DNA of 64,000 nucleotides from Alphaproteobacteria bacterium (GTDB lineage Bacteria > Pseudomonadota > Alphaproteobacteria > Bin95). Within the stretch, counting starts at the first letter, position 1. Every line of letters begins with the position of its first letter. The notes beneath the pieces were generated by a model that was given only the letters and a program-made list of their open reading frames with translations, did no database searches and had not been told where the DNA came from. Of the stretch, positions 11,054 to 21,275 are shown piece after piece. Both the position numbers and the translations under genes were made by a program. The stretch is taken from the NCBI GenBank assembly GCA_963665325.3, contig CAXXWS020000001.1, positions 64,001 through 128,000 of the forward strand. The letters are read 5' to 3'.

Positions 11054-11686
11054 TCAGCCCTTCAGTCGCTCGGCCGTTTCCGCATCCGCATTCTCCGCTG
11101 CCGTGTAGGACGGCAGCGCCGTCACCCTGTCGAAATAGGCCTGGGCCGCCGCGGGCAGCGTTTCGCTGACCATGCGGCGGTATCCGTGCATGGTGTAGCA
11201 GATGCTCAGATCCGCGGCGCTCATTGCCTCGCCCAGCAGATAGGACCGTCCGGACAGCGCCGCATCGATCGCCGCGACACAGGCCGTCGCCCGGCTCTTC
11301 ATCTCCGCCACGACGGCATCGAGTTCCGGGTCGAACTCACGGCGATGATTGACGATCTCGCCCAGCGGCCGGGCGAAGGTCGCCTCCGCGAACCAGCTCC
11401 ATTGCAGGTAGTGCGCGTAGCCGGGGTCGTCCCGGGACGGCCGCAGCCGGCCGTCGCCATAGCGGTCCAGGATGTATTGCAGCATGGCGCAGGACTCGAA
11501 CATGGTCATGTCGTTATCGGTCATGACCGGCACCTTGCCGACCGGGTTGAGCGCCCGCCATTCCGGCGTGGCGCGATATTCGGCGGCGAAGTCCACCGGC
11601 ACGATCTCGTAGGGGACGGACAGTTCCTCGCACACCCAGATGACGCGAAAGCCACGAGTCTGCGGGGCGTGGTAGATTTTCAGCAT
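11054..11686 (-). CDS. Glutathione S-transferase family protein
   Basis: LNPVGKVPV, MFESCAMLQY, YLLGEAMSAADL. Confidence 0.88.
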   Translation of the reverse strand: MLKIYHAPQTRGFRVIWVCEELSVPYEIVPVDFAAEYRATPEWRALNPVGKVPVMTDNDMTMFESCAMLQYILDRYGDGRLRPSRDDPGYAHYLQWSWFAEATFARPLGEIVNHRREFDPELDAVVAEMKSRATACVAAIDAALSGRSYLLGEAMSAADLSICYTMHGYRRMVSETLPAAAQAYFDRVTALPSYTAAENADAETAERLKG

Positions 11687-11783
11687 GGCGGTGCGCCTTC
11701 GGTCCTGTGCACTTATTATTGCGCATAGTACGACAAACGCATCGCCCTTGGACCGCAGCCTTTAAAACGGGAGAGAGATCGAT

Positions 11784-13010
11784 ATGCAGGAGTTCCCATT
11801 GAATACCGCGCCGGAGGATCTGGAAGACCGGTTCGCGACCGCATTCGGCGGGCAGGTGGCGGTCAAGGGCCCTCTCGCCGCCAGCGGCATGGGCGCGCGC
11901 GTGTCCGGCATCGACCTCAGCCTCCCGTTGCGTCCTGCGCAGGTGGAACTCCTGCTGGATACGCTCAGCCACTGCCGGTTGATGACCCTCGCCGGACAGG
12001 ACCTCGACCGGTTTTCCCTCGCGGCGTTCGAACGCTTCGCGAACCACTGGGGCGCGCCGGTCGCGCATCCCTCGAACTTCCTGCGCGGCGGCAAGCCGGC
12101 GCAGCAGGACGGCGCCAGCGACGGCGCTATCGTGTATCGGCCCTATGCGGACCGGAGGGCTGCCGCCGCCGACGCCACGCTACCCGGAGAAGTCGAGTGC
12201 CTGCCGCACGAGTCGCCGGCGGTGCTCGTTGCGACGAATTTGCTCGGCGATGGCAAGAGTGACGCGCCCACACTGAAGAACGGCGGGTCCTGGCACACCG
12301 ACATCGAATACGAGCCGCTGCCCATCTATGTGTCGATGTTCCTCGTCCATCACGTGCCCGTGGCGCGGGAGGCGCCCAACGGGCAATGGGTCGAGCCGCC
12401 GGCCGATACGGGCCCGGCCCCCTACCACCCCGGCTCCGATGATGAGCTCATGGCGCTCCGCAAGCGCCTGCCGCTGAACGGCGAAACCGCATTTGCCGAT
12501 ACCGCGGCCGCATTTGCCGCACTACCGCCGGAAGAGCAGGCAAGGCTTGAAGCGCTCCGGGTCCGCCGTCGTCTGAACGCAGGCGATGAAGGCTGGCTGA
12601 CGGAACTCGTGCGCACCGACCCACGCTCCGGTGTCAAGTCGCTGCACAGCCCGGTTTGGGCTTCACGGCCGGGAATCCGTCCCCCGATCGAGGTCGACGG
12701 CATAACGCCCGACGCCTCCCGCAGCTTTCTGGACGACCTCGAGAAACACGTCCTGCAGCCGCAATTCCGCTACGACCACCCGCACACGCCGGGCGACGTC
12801 ACCATCTGGAACAACTACATGTCCCTGCACAACTCGCCGCCGATCAAGATCGGAATTGACAAGGCGGACGATGCGCGGTTGCTGTACCGGCTGAGCTGCA
12901 AGGGCGCGCCCGCTGCCGTCCTGCCGCGCGACGACGATCCGGCCTGGATCGAGAGCCACATCACGGCAGGCTACCGCTCGCCGGACTCCATCGTCGGCGC
13001 GGCGCGTTAA
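11784..13010 (+). CDS. TauD/TfdA family Fe(II)/2-oxoglutarate dioxygenase with insertions
   Basis: GARVSGIDL, WHTD, GETAFAD, GDVTIWNNYMSLH, RLLYR. Confidence 0.8.
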   Translation: MQEFPLNTAPEDLEDRFATAFGGQVAVKGPLAASGMGARVSGIDLSLPLRPAQVELLLDTLSHCRLMTLAGQDLDRFSLAAFERFANHWGAPVAHPSNFLRGGKPAQQDGASDGAIVYRPYADRRAAAADATLPGEVECLPHESPAVLVATNLLGDGKSDAPTLKNGGSWHTDIEYEPLPIYVSMFLVHHVPVAREAPNGQWVEPPADTGPAPYHPGSDDELMALRKRLPLNGETAFADTAAAFAALPPEEQARLEALRVRRRLNAGDEGWLTELVRTDPRSGVKSLHSPVWASRPGIRPPIEVDGITPDASRSFLDDLEKHVLQPQFRYDHPHTPGDVTIWNNYMSLHNSPPIKIGIDKADDARLLYRLSCKGAPAAVLPRDDDPAWIESHITAGYRSPDSIVGAAR

Positions 13011-13061
13011 ACCGGACCGGGACTCTGTGGACATGGATGTGGACCGGTAACCGGCGCCGGC

Positions 13062-13865
13062 ATGGATACCGGATCGTCGGTTGAGAGTGCGCCACTGTCG
13101 CGCGGCGGCGTCGATATCCGCTTCGACGCCGGCGGCAGCGGGGGGCCTGTGCTGGTCATGCTGCACGGCATCGGCGGCAATGCGGCGGTATGGAACCGAA
13201 TGCTGCCGGTTGTGGAGCGGAATTGGCCAGGGCGCTGGGTCGCCGCCGATTTGCGCGGCCACGGGCGCTCGGCCCACGCGCCGCCCTACGGCTATGCCGT
13301 CTTCGCCGCCGACGTGGCGGGCGTGATCGGCAACCCGGACGATGAACTGGTTTTGCTCGGCCATTCGATGGGCGGCGTCGTGGCGATGGCGCTGGCGACC
13401 GGGTGGTTTGGCGTCAGCGTGCGCCATGTCTTCGCGTTCGGCGTCAAGATCGGCTGGACGGCGGAGGAGGTCGCGCAGATGAAGGGGCTGGCCGCCAGGC
13501 CGGCACGGATCTTCGACAGCCGCGCGGAAGCGGTCGAGCGCTATCTTCGGGTCTCGGGCCTCGCCGGCCTGGTCGACCCCGACGCGCCGGAGGCTCTGGC
13601 CGGCATCGTCGAGGCGAAGGGCGGCTTCCGGCTGGCGGCCGACCGGGGCATCTACGCCGCAGTCGGCCCAGCGGTCGGCGATTTCTACCGGGCTGCGGCG
13701 GCGCCGGTCCGGCTCGCTGCCGGCGAAGCCGACCCGATGGTGTCGCTGGCCGAGATGCAGACGCACGATCCGCAGGCCGCGCTGCTGTCCGGCCTTGGCC
13801 ACAACTGCCATGTCGAGGCGCCGGAGCGGGTCTGGGAGCTGTTCGAAAGGACCCTGGAGGGTTGA
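13062..13865 (+). CDS. Alpha/beta hydrolase
   Basis: LHGIGG, DLRGHGRS, GHSMGG, GHNCHVE. Confidence 0.85.
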   Translation: MDTGSSVESAPLSRGGVDIRFDAGGSGGPVLVMLHGIGGNAAVWNRMLPVVERNWPGRWVAADLRGHGRSAHAPPYGYAVFAADVAGVIGNPDDELVLLGHSMGGVVAMALATGWFGVSVRHVFAFGVKIGWTAEEVAQMKGLAARPARIFDSRAEAVERYLRVSGLAGLVDPDAPEALAGIVEAKGGFRLAADRGIYAAVGPAVGDFYRAAAAPVRLAAGEADPMVSLAEMQTHDPQAALLSGLGHNCHVEAPERVWELFERTLEG

Positions 13866-13914
13866 CCCGCATTTCCCAACCGGGGGTCATGGTCTACCCG
13901 GTGCTGTCGGGCGG

Positions 13915-15015
13915 TCAGCCTTCGTAGAGGTTCCTGGCGACAACATCTTCGTTCCAGTCCAGGCCCACCCCGGGCACATCCGGAATGTGCACATGGCTGT
14001 CCCTGATCTCATAGGGAGTTTGCAGGATCGGATCGGCCCAATCCTGCCACTCCAGCCAATGCGCGGTTTCGGTCGCCCGCATCGCATGGGCGCCAACCTC
14101 GGGATAGAGGTGCGTTGACATCGGGACACCGGCCGCGCCGGCAATGGCTGCCGCGCGCATCCATCCGGTTACGCCGCCGATGCGCATGAAATCCGGCATC
14201 GCATAGTCGCAGGCCCCGGCGCGCAATGCCTTGTGCAAGTCGCGCGGCCCGTAGAAATTCTCGCCGATCTGCAACGGTGTCTTCAGCTCCCGGGCGAGTT
14301 GGGCGTATCCGTCGAAATTGTCGTAGACAACCGGCTCTTCCAACCAGGTCAGACCGAGATCGTCGAGCATGTGGCACCGGCGCAATGCTTCCGCCATGTC
14401 CAGGCCCTGGTTGAAATCGATCATCAGGTGCATGTCTTCGCCAACGGTCCGGCGAACCGCATCGACCGTGGCGAGGTCGTCCCTGGGATCGTCCCGGCCG
14501 AGACGCAGTTTCAAACCATCGAACTGCCCTTCGTCGCGGATCTCGATGGCCTCGGCGGCAACTTCAGACGGAGATTTCAGCCAGAGCCCATTGCTGTTGT
14601 ATGCGCGCACCGGACCGGGCGAACCGCCGAGCAATGTGCACAGCGGCATGCCGGCGGCTTTGGCCAGGGCGTCCCAGGCTGCCATGTCGATGCCTGAAAC
14701 GGCGATCATTGCCATGCCTTCGTAACCGACGAAGTGCAGCGACTTTCGCGCGGTTTCGTAGATTTCGGCCGGCGCCAGCCTTTGGCCCTTGAGCATTGCC
14801 CCCATGTCGCGCAGGGCCGGCACGAGGTAGTTCATCGACTTGACGATATAGGGCTCCAGATAGGTGCGCCCGACGATCCCTTCATCGGTCTTCAGATCGA
14901 TCAGGATAAGCGGCCAATCCGCAATGGTTGCGATTCTGGCGATTACGGGGCGCTTCAGCTTAAGAATCACGGCGCGCACATCGACGCTGTGGAAGGTCAG
15001 TGTTTCGGGCGCCAT
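13915..15015 (-). CDS. Mandelate racemase/muconate lactonizing (enolase superfamily) enzyme
   Basis: GIDMAAWDALAK, KLRLG, IDFNQ, WLEEP, GENF, STHL. Confidence 0.88.
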   Translation of the reverse strand: MAPETLTFHSVDVRAVILKLKRPVIARIATIADWPLILIDLKTDEGIVGRTYLEPYIVKSMNYLVPALRDMGAMLKGQRLAPAEIYETARKSLHFVGYEGMAMIAVSGIDMAAWDALAKAAGMPLCTLLGGSPGPVRAYNSNGLWLKSPSEVAAEAIEIRDEGQFDGLKLRLGRDDPRDDLATVDAVRRTVGEDMHLMIDFNQGLDMAEALRRCHMLDDLGLTWLEEPVVYDNFDGYAQLARELKTPLQIGENFYGPRDLHKALRAGACDYAMPDFMRIGGVTGWMRAAAIAGAAGVPMSTHLYPEVGAHAMRATETAHWLEWQDWADPILQTPYEIRDSHVHIPDVPGVGLDWNEDVVARNLYEG

Positions 15016-15175
15016 CTATCGGGACTCCATCAGTGTTGCGGGGGCTCTCGGCACAGGACGCTCAATATGTCATGCCCGTGGCCGACTTCTTCGCCCGTGT
15101 AAAGAGGAATCGCCGGATTCCGGTGGGTCCAGGATGGGTTAGGATATGCGTTGGATTGGACCGGAGGGCGCGGCG

Positions 15176-15847
15176 ATGAACGAAGAGGGTGCGTTGCGCG
15201 TTGTCCACGACGAGATCGTGGCGCCCGGCGCTCCGTGGTCGGCCCGCGTGAGACGGGGCCGGGTGTTGCGCATCGTCGACCTGGAGGGCGAACAGGGCGT
15301 CGATTTCCTGTGTTACGACGCGGCCGACCCGCAGGAACGCTACTACGCGCCGAATACGATCAAGAAAAGCGGCACTCTTCGCCTGACCGAAGGCCATACG
15401 CTCTACTCGGACCGGGGACGGCCGCTCTTCACCATCGTGGCCGACTCCTGCGGCAACCACGATACCATCGCCGGTTGCTGCAGCGCCCCCAGCAACGCCA
15501 TGCTCTACGGCGTGGAAGGAGTGCCGGGGTGCCGAGAAAACTTCCTGGCCGCGCTGGCGGGACACGGCCTGGGATGGACGGACATCGTGCCCAACGTGAA
15601 CTTTTTCGCCGCCGTGCCGGTCTATGAAGGAGGCCGTCTGGCAGAGCGGACCTTCGTCGGCGGCCCGTCTAGGCCCGGCGATCGCGTCGAATTGAGGGCC
15701 GAGCGCGACGTCCTCGCAATCGTCTCCAACTGTCCCCAGGTCAACAATCCGGCTGCCGGGGGCCGACCGACCCCGATCCGCGTGCAGATTCTCGAAGCCG
15801 GTGTCGTTCGGCGCACAGGTGGCGATACGAGGAGAACCGGACCATGA
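15176..15847 (+). CDS. DUF1989 / urea carboxylase-associated family protein
   Basis: RIVDLEGEQGVDF, HDTIAGCCS, CRENF, VPNVNFF, SNCPQVNNP. Confidence 0.85.
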   Translation: MNEEGALRVVHDEIVAPGAPWSARVRRGRVLRIVDLEGEQGVDFLCYDAADPQERYYAPNTIKKSGTLRLTEGHTLYSDRGRPLFTIVADSCGNHDTIAGCCSAPSNAMLYGVEGVPGCRENFLAALAGHGLGWTDIVPNVNFFAAVPVYEGGRLAERTFVGGPSRPGDRVELRAERDVLAIVSNCPQVNNPAAGGRPTPIRVQILEAGVVRRTGGDTRRTGP

Positions 15848-16677
15848 CCGACGACAGAATTTCCGACGCTGCGGCGCTGTTTGCGCAAGCGTGGCTCGAC
15901 GGCACGACCATCGACGCGCTGCTGAACGACCTCGCGCCGCGCGACGAGGCCGAAGCGACGGCAATGCAGGATGCGATGGCCGCGCAGATCGGGGAAGACA
16001 TTGTCGGCTGGAAGGTCGCCGGCAGCCCGGGCGCGCCCTTCGGCCGGATATTCGCTTCGACCAGCTTCGACAGTGGGGCCACCCTTCCGCTGCCCCGCTA
16101 TGCAGGCAATCTCATCGAGTGCGAAGTCGGCTTCAAGCTGAAAAGGGATCTGCGCCCACGCACGGAACCCTACGAGCGCGAAGAAGTGGCCGCCGCCGCT
16201 GACCTCTCCTTCAACATCGAGCTGGTCGGCTTTCGTCGAACCGGCGTAGTCGGGCAGGTAGCGGCGGCGCTCGCCGCCGGCAGGCCCTATCCCGAAAACG
16301 AGATCGAACGGTTGATCAACATTGCCGACAATGGAGGGAACCTCGGCCTCATCAACGGTCCCGCGGTCGAGGATTGGCAACACCGTTCGCTGCTCGACAT
16401 CACCGTGGACCTGCGCATCGACGGCGGGGAGAGCCGGCCGTTGCTCCCGAAGCGCGTCCGCGCGGAACCGTTCGATGTGTTCCTCTGGGCGGCGAACGAG
16501 CTGTCCCGGCGCGGCATCGGCTTGAAGGCCGGTCAGATAGTCACCCCCGGCAGCGTCAATGTGCCCGAACCGCTGCCAAGGGGCAGTACCGCCGTCGCTG
16601 TGTTCGAGAATTTCGGCCAGGTCGCCGTCAGCCTCGCCAACCGGGGCGGGGAACTCCCGGACACGTCCCGTGAATAG
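15844..16677 (+). CDS. 2-keto-4-pentenoate hydratase-like (FAH superfamily) protein
   Basis: GWKVA, IECEVGF, IADNG, GLKAGQIVTPGS. Confidence 0.75.
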   Translation: MTDDRISDAAALFAQAWLDGTTIDALLNDLAPRDEAEATAMQDAMAAQIGEDIVGWKVAGSPGAPFGRIFASTSFDSGATLPLPRYAGNLIECEVGFKLKRDLRPRTEPYEREEVAAAADLSFNIELVGFRRTGVVGQVAAALAAGRPYPENEIERLINIADNGGNLGLINGPAVEDWQHRSLLDITVDLRIDGGESRPLLPKRVRAEPFDVFLWAANELSRRGIGLKAGQIVTPGSVNVPEPLPRGSTAVAVFENFGQVAVSLANRGGELPDTSRE

Positions 16678-17332
16678 CGGTGACGGGGGCAAATCGCTCC
16701 GCGGATTCGTCGGGAAGCTCACCGCGATGACCGCCGGGGACGATGCGCACGAGGTCTACGAAGCCTGGGCGCCGAGCTACGAAAACGATCTCGTCGACGG
16801 CTACGGCTACACCGCTCACCGGATCGCGGCCGCAGCGATAGCGGCCGCCTGCCCGGACCGCGCCACGTCGATTCTGGATATTGGCTGCGGCACCGGGCTG
16901 GTGGCCGTCGAGCTCGCCGCGCGCGGGTTCGCGACCATCGACGGGCTCGACGCATCGTCTCGCATGCTGGACAGGGCCCGGGCCAAGGGGGTCTATCGCC
17001 ACCTCATCGAGGGCGATGTGCGCCGACCGGACGTGATCGGCTCCCGCTGCTACGACGCGGTAATCGCGGTCGGGGTGTTCGGCGGCGGCCATGTCGGGCC
17101 CGAGGATCTCGAGTGCTTTGCCCGGCCCGTGCGTGCGGGGGGCGCGATCGTGCTCTACGCGAACGGCATCCCCTGGGTAGCGGATGGCTATCCGTCCCAC
17201 CTCCGGCGTCTCGAGGAAGACGGCGTCTGGACCATCCAACGCACCGAGGAGTCCAACTACATGGAACGGATCGAACGCCCGGGCTGGCTCGTCGTCGCCC
17301 GGCGTGAGGTGGGAGCGGCGGGCCGTGGCTGA
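16670..17332 (+). CDS. Class I SAM-dependent methyltransferase
   Basis: YEAWAPSYENDL, ILDIGCGTGLV, GLDASSRML; GTG start overlapping the upstream gene. Confidence 0.85.
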   Translation: MNSGDGGKSLRGFVGKLTAMTAGDDAHEVYEAWAPSYENDLVDGYGYTAHRIAAAAIAAACPDRATSILDIGCGTGLVAVELAARGFATIDGLDASSRMLDRARAKGVYRHLIEGDVRRPDVIGSRCYDAVIAVGVFGGGHVGPEDLECFARPVRAGGAIVLYANGIPWVADGYPSHLRRLEEDGVWTIQRTEESNYMERIERPGWLVVARREVGAAGRG

Positions 17333-18377
17333 GTCCGGTCGGGGTGAAATCGGGGACCCGGATGCGCGGCGCGCCGCCGCCACGGACGTCGCCGGGAAAG
17401 AGGTCGAGTCGCTCTACGCCGATGCCTTCGTCTGGGACGCCCACGCCGGCTTCGAGTCATGGCCGACCACGGATCTCCGGAACCTCGGGATCTGGAAGGA
17501 CGCGGGGATCGACTTTCTCTCCGTCAATGTCAGCTACGACCTGCAGCGCTGGTCGGACACCGTCCGGGTGCTGGCCGCGTTCCGGCGATGGTTCGAGGCA
17601 TCGGACGAATACGCACTCGCAGGCAGCGCCGCGGACGTGCGCGCCGCCCGTGCGGCGGGACGAATGGCGGTTGCCTTCGACCTTGAGGGGATGAACGTTC
17701 TCGGCGGCTCGCTCGACCGACTGCACCTGGCCCACGCGCTCGGGGTGCGCCAGATCCTCTTCGCCTACAACCGGAACAGCGTCGCGGGCGGCGGCTGCCA
17801 CGACGAGGACACCGGCCTCACCGACTTCGGGCGGGCGGCGGTTGGCGAGATGAACGCGCTCGGGATACTCGTCGACTGCTCCCACTGCGGCTATCGCACC
17901 ACCATGGAGGCGATGGAGCTCTCGTCGGCCCCCGTCGTCTTCTCGCATTCCAATCCGCGCGCGCTCTGCGACCACGAGCGGAACATCCGCGACGAACAGG
18001 CCGAGGCGTGCGCGGCGACCGGCGGGGTCGTCGGCGTCAACGGGATCGGCCTCTTCCTCGGCGAGGACGACATCCGCACATCGACCCTGGCGGACCATGT
18101 CGAGTATCTGCTCGACCTCGTCGGTCCGAAGCATGTGGGGATCGGGCTCGACTACTTCTTCGAGGCCGACGTCGACGCGAGCTTCCAGCAAGCGCTCGCC
18201 GCGAACGCAGACTTCTGGCCGCGCGAGCAATATCCGGGAGGCGAGATACGGTGCGCGGCGCCGTCGCAGCTTCGCGAGCTCGCCGCCGAGCTCCTCCGCC
18301 GGGGGCGGAACGGGTCGGACGTCCGCGCAGTGCTCGGCGGCAACTTCCTGCGGGTCGCGGAGGCAGTCTGGGGCTGA
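17325..18377 (+). CDS. Membrane dipeptidase (peptidase M19)
   Basis: DAH, FDLEG, GLTDFGR, VDCSH, FSHSN, RNIRD, HVGIGLD, LGGNFLRV. Confidence 0.88.
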   Translation: MAESGRGEIGDPDARRAAATDVAGKEVESLYADAFVWDAHAGFESWPTTDLRNLGIWKDAGIDFLSVNVSYDLQRWSDTVRVLAAFRRWFEASDEYALAGSAADVRAARAAGRMAVAFDLEGMNVLGGSLDRLHLAHALGVRQILFAYNRNSVAGGGCHDEDTGLTDFGRAAVGEMNALGILVDCSHCGYRTTMEAMELSSAPVVFSHSNPRALCDHERNIRDEQAEACAATGGVVGVNGIGLFLGEDDIRTSTLADHVEYLLDLVGPKHVGIGLDYFFEADVDASFQQALAANADFWPREQYPGGEIRCAAPSQLRELAAELLRRGRNGSDVRAVLGGNFLRVAEAVWG

Positions 18378-18411
18378 ACGAACGGGGCCGCGAAGCCCCC
18401 GCGCCTGCCCG

Positions 18412-19107
18412 CTACCGAACCAGCCGGGTGCTCGGGAACGCGGCGTGCCAGCCGAACCAGAACGCTCGCTGCGCCGGGATACGGCGGAGCACACGCCCGT
18501 CTTCGGCGGTCAAGGCGTGCTCGTCCATTGTCCAGATCATGCCCGATCCGTCCTCGACGCGCCGGTCGCCGTCGTACCGGGCGAACGTCACATCTTCGCT
18601 CGCGTAGGCGCGGTTCGCGCCCGACGGATCGGTGAGCACCACGAGCGCCGTGCCTTCGATCGCATCGTGATGAACGGGGGTTGCGGCGAGGAACTCGGCC
18701 GATATGGCAAGTGGCGCCTCGGGGTGACGGGCGAGCAGTACCGTGAACACCTCGTCCTTGTTCTTCAGCCGGGTGTCGAGGACCGGGACCGAGAACATCA
18801 GCTCGTCGGTCGCGAAATAGTCGCGGTAGGCAGCCCCTTCGGAGTAGTCGCGCCCGTGGCCGGTATCGAGCGAGAGCACCCGGGTTCCGGGGTGCCGCCG
18901 GCGCCACTCGCCCCAGGTGGTCGTCACCACGGCCCCGCTCTTCAGCGCGATGCCCTTCCCGGCAAGCGGCCCGACGACCGGCGCGCCCCGCATCGTGCTC
19001 CACAGCGACTGGGTGGCCTGATCGAACATGAGCTTGTTCGAACGGTAGAGGAAGCCGCTCGTGCCGAGCCGGTGATTTATGCCTTCGTGCTCGGTGTGGA
19101 CCTTCAA
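18412..19107 (-). pseudogene. DUF3179 family protein, 5'-truncated
   Basis: GTSGFLYRSNKLMFD, TTWGEWRRRHP, AFWFGW present; N-terminal CxxC part absent and replaced by AT-rich DNA at about 19105. Confidence 0.7.
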
Positions 19108-19482
19108 TAGAAGGATTTCAAGTTCGGACTATCTGACGCAGGGTCGCTTTCCCTCCCTGAGAAGTCCTTTGTATAGAATGCCTTGATGGCAATGTCAAGG
19201 ATATATTTTTCAGACAGTGAGGACAACAATTATCGAAGCTGTGTGGCCGATTTATGGTATCCGGGGAACTGGACAGTGTGGATAGAGGTGGGATCGAAGT
19301 GGTCTGGATGACATGCTGTCGCTGATTTTTTCTGGACCATAGGTAACGACGTATGTACGATGCGCCAGTGGGATGGGAGAAGCTCGCATGCGGACCGGAA
19401 CAGGAGATTTATCATTAGTTATCTCATATAGGGATAGCCGTGTGTTGCGGAGTGGGGGCTCCGTTTCATGCCGGAGGCGTCC

Positions 19483-19854
19483 ATGAGCGACGGGGAGGAA
19501 GGGCGTCGCCAGCGGGCGGTGATGGCGACCGACGAGGAATGGGAGCGCGTCGGGCGCAGGGCCGCGGCGAGCGGCATGGAGCTCTCGCGCTTCGTGATCC
19601 ATCGCGCGCTTGCGACGGACATGCTGCCGCCGGAAGTCCTGCGCCGGGCGGTGCGCCAGGCGCTGGCGATGTCGCTGCTCGAGGAGCGGCGGCTGCGCGA
19701 GGCGGGCCTGGGCGCTGTCTGGGAGGACGCCTGCGACACGGTGGACGAGTGGATCGACCGGGAGGGCATGCTGGACCGCCTGACCGATCCCGGTGCGGCC
19801 AACCGCTGGAAGGCGGTGGGGCGGGAGCCGGATGACGAGGAGGAGGAGTCGTGA
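19483..19854 (+). CDS. Ribbon-helix-helix protein (MobC/relaxosome accessory-like) 1
   Basis: QRAVMATDEEWERVGRRAAASGMELSRFVIHRAL fits the beta-helix-G-x-S-helix RHH pattern; GGAGG RBS. Confidence 0.6.
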   Translation: MSDGEEGRRQRAVMATDEEWERVGRRAAASGMELSRFVIHRALATDMLPPEVLRRAVRQALAMSLLEERRLREAGLGAVWEDACDTVDEWIDREGMLDRLTDPGAANRWKAVGREPDDEEEES

Positions 19855-20162
19855 CGGAAGAGGCGGCGCGTCCCCTCAGGCGCCAGCGGAGCCTGCATTG
19901 CACGCCGGCGGAGCAGGCGATGATCCGGGAGAAGGCGGCGGAGGCCGGCAAGCCGGTGTCGCGCCATGTGCTCGACCTTGCGCTTGCCGACGACCCGGAC
20001 CGCCACCCCCTGGTGCTGACGGAGGAGGAGCAGCGGGAACTCCTGGACGGCATTCGCGAGGTGGGGGCGTTCGTGCTGGCGCTGAGGCGCGAGCTTCCGG
20101 GCGGCAGCGGGCTCAGCCTGCTGGGGGCGATCTCCCTGCTGGCAGGGGAGTGGAGCCGATGA
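19851..20162 (+). CDS. Ribbon-helix-helix protein 2
   Basis: QRSLHCTPAEQAMIREKAAEAGKPVSRHVLDLAL; GTGA overlap with the previous gene. Confidence 0.6.
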   Translation: MTEEAARPLRRQRSLHCTPAEQAMIREKAAEAGKPVSRHVLDLALADDPDRHPLVLTEEEQRELLDGIREVGAFVLALRRELPGGSGLSLLGAISLLAGEWSR

Positions 20163-20614
20163 GGCGGGCCAGGCGGGGCCGCAGGGCGAAGCCGTCCTCG
20201 AAGCATATCTCGATCTCGGCGTGGGACAGCGAGTGGGAGACGGTGCGCCGGCATGCGGACCGGCGGGGGCTGTCGATCGCGCGCTACCTTGTGGGTCTGG
20301 TGGAGCGCGGCGGCCCGGAGGAGATCGCGGGACCGGTTCTTGCGCTCGATGCGGCCGAGCAGCGGGAACTGCTGGCAGCGGTGCGGGAGGTCCGGTCGCT
20401 GATGCTGGAGGGAACGGATGCGGCGCCTCTCGTGCGGGACATGCAGGAGCGGGTCGCGGTGCAGTTCGCGTCCTGGATGTCGGCCATGGCCAGCGCGGGC
20501 CGCGGGAAGGAGTTGCACGCCGCGCTCGCCTCAGTGCTCGGCGAGGCCCGCGCCCGGCTTGTCGCCGCCCCGGTCATGCCGGCTGCCGCCGGGACGGCGG
20601 ACCCGCCGTCGTGA
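20159..20614 (+). CDS. Ribbon-helix-helix protein 3
   Basis: HISISAWDSEWETVRRHADRRGLSIARYLVGLV; ATGA overlap; shares the EQRELL motif with gene 2. Confidence 0.6.
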   Translation: MRRARRGRRAKPSSKHISISAWDSEWETVRRHADRRGLSIARYLVGLVERGGPEEIAGPVLALDAAEQRELLAAVREVRSLMLEGTDAAPLVRDMQERVAVQFASWMSAMASAGRGKELHAALASVLGEARARLVAAPVMPAAAGTADPPS

Positions 20615-21275
20615 CGGCCCCGGCGTTCCGGGCGTTTCGCGCCACGCCGGCGCCGTTGCCACGGACGCCGGATAACGGCGGCGGTACGGACGGTTCGATA
20701 GCCGGTCATACAGCCGCGAGGTACGGCATGCGGGTTGTCATTGCACTATATATTGAACACATGAATATCGTTCATATGTCTTCGATAACACACTTCATGA
20801 AAAAGGTTAAATGGATAGGAAAATTGTATATAACCCACACGACACCGCTATCGAGCGCATGCGATTTCGCCTGCCCGGGCGAGAGGGTGAAACGGCCGCT
20901 CGCGAAGAATGCGCCGCGGCGCGCGGCGCGCGGCGCGTGCCATCGCCACGAAGATTATGTGGCGATTACATGGTCGATCATGCCGTCGGCGGATGCGGCA
21001 TGGGCGGCTTGCTCCGCTCATGCATGTTTCGCAGAAGTGTCGTTCCTGTGTCTTGCGGCTGGCCACGAGATTACAGGGATTTCGGGCATGCGTATGTCGC
21101 CGGTATGTGGCACGGATTCTCTATCGTGGCGCGGTCTTCGCCGGACCGTACGGGACGGAGAGAGGCCATGTTCATCCAGGAAGCGGCGGCATGGAACGGT
21201 GAGTTCGACATCCAGGGGCCGGATTGTCACCAACGATGCCGGGCGCCCGGCGATGAAGAGGAGATTGAGGGAACG

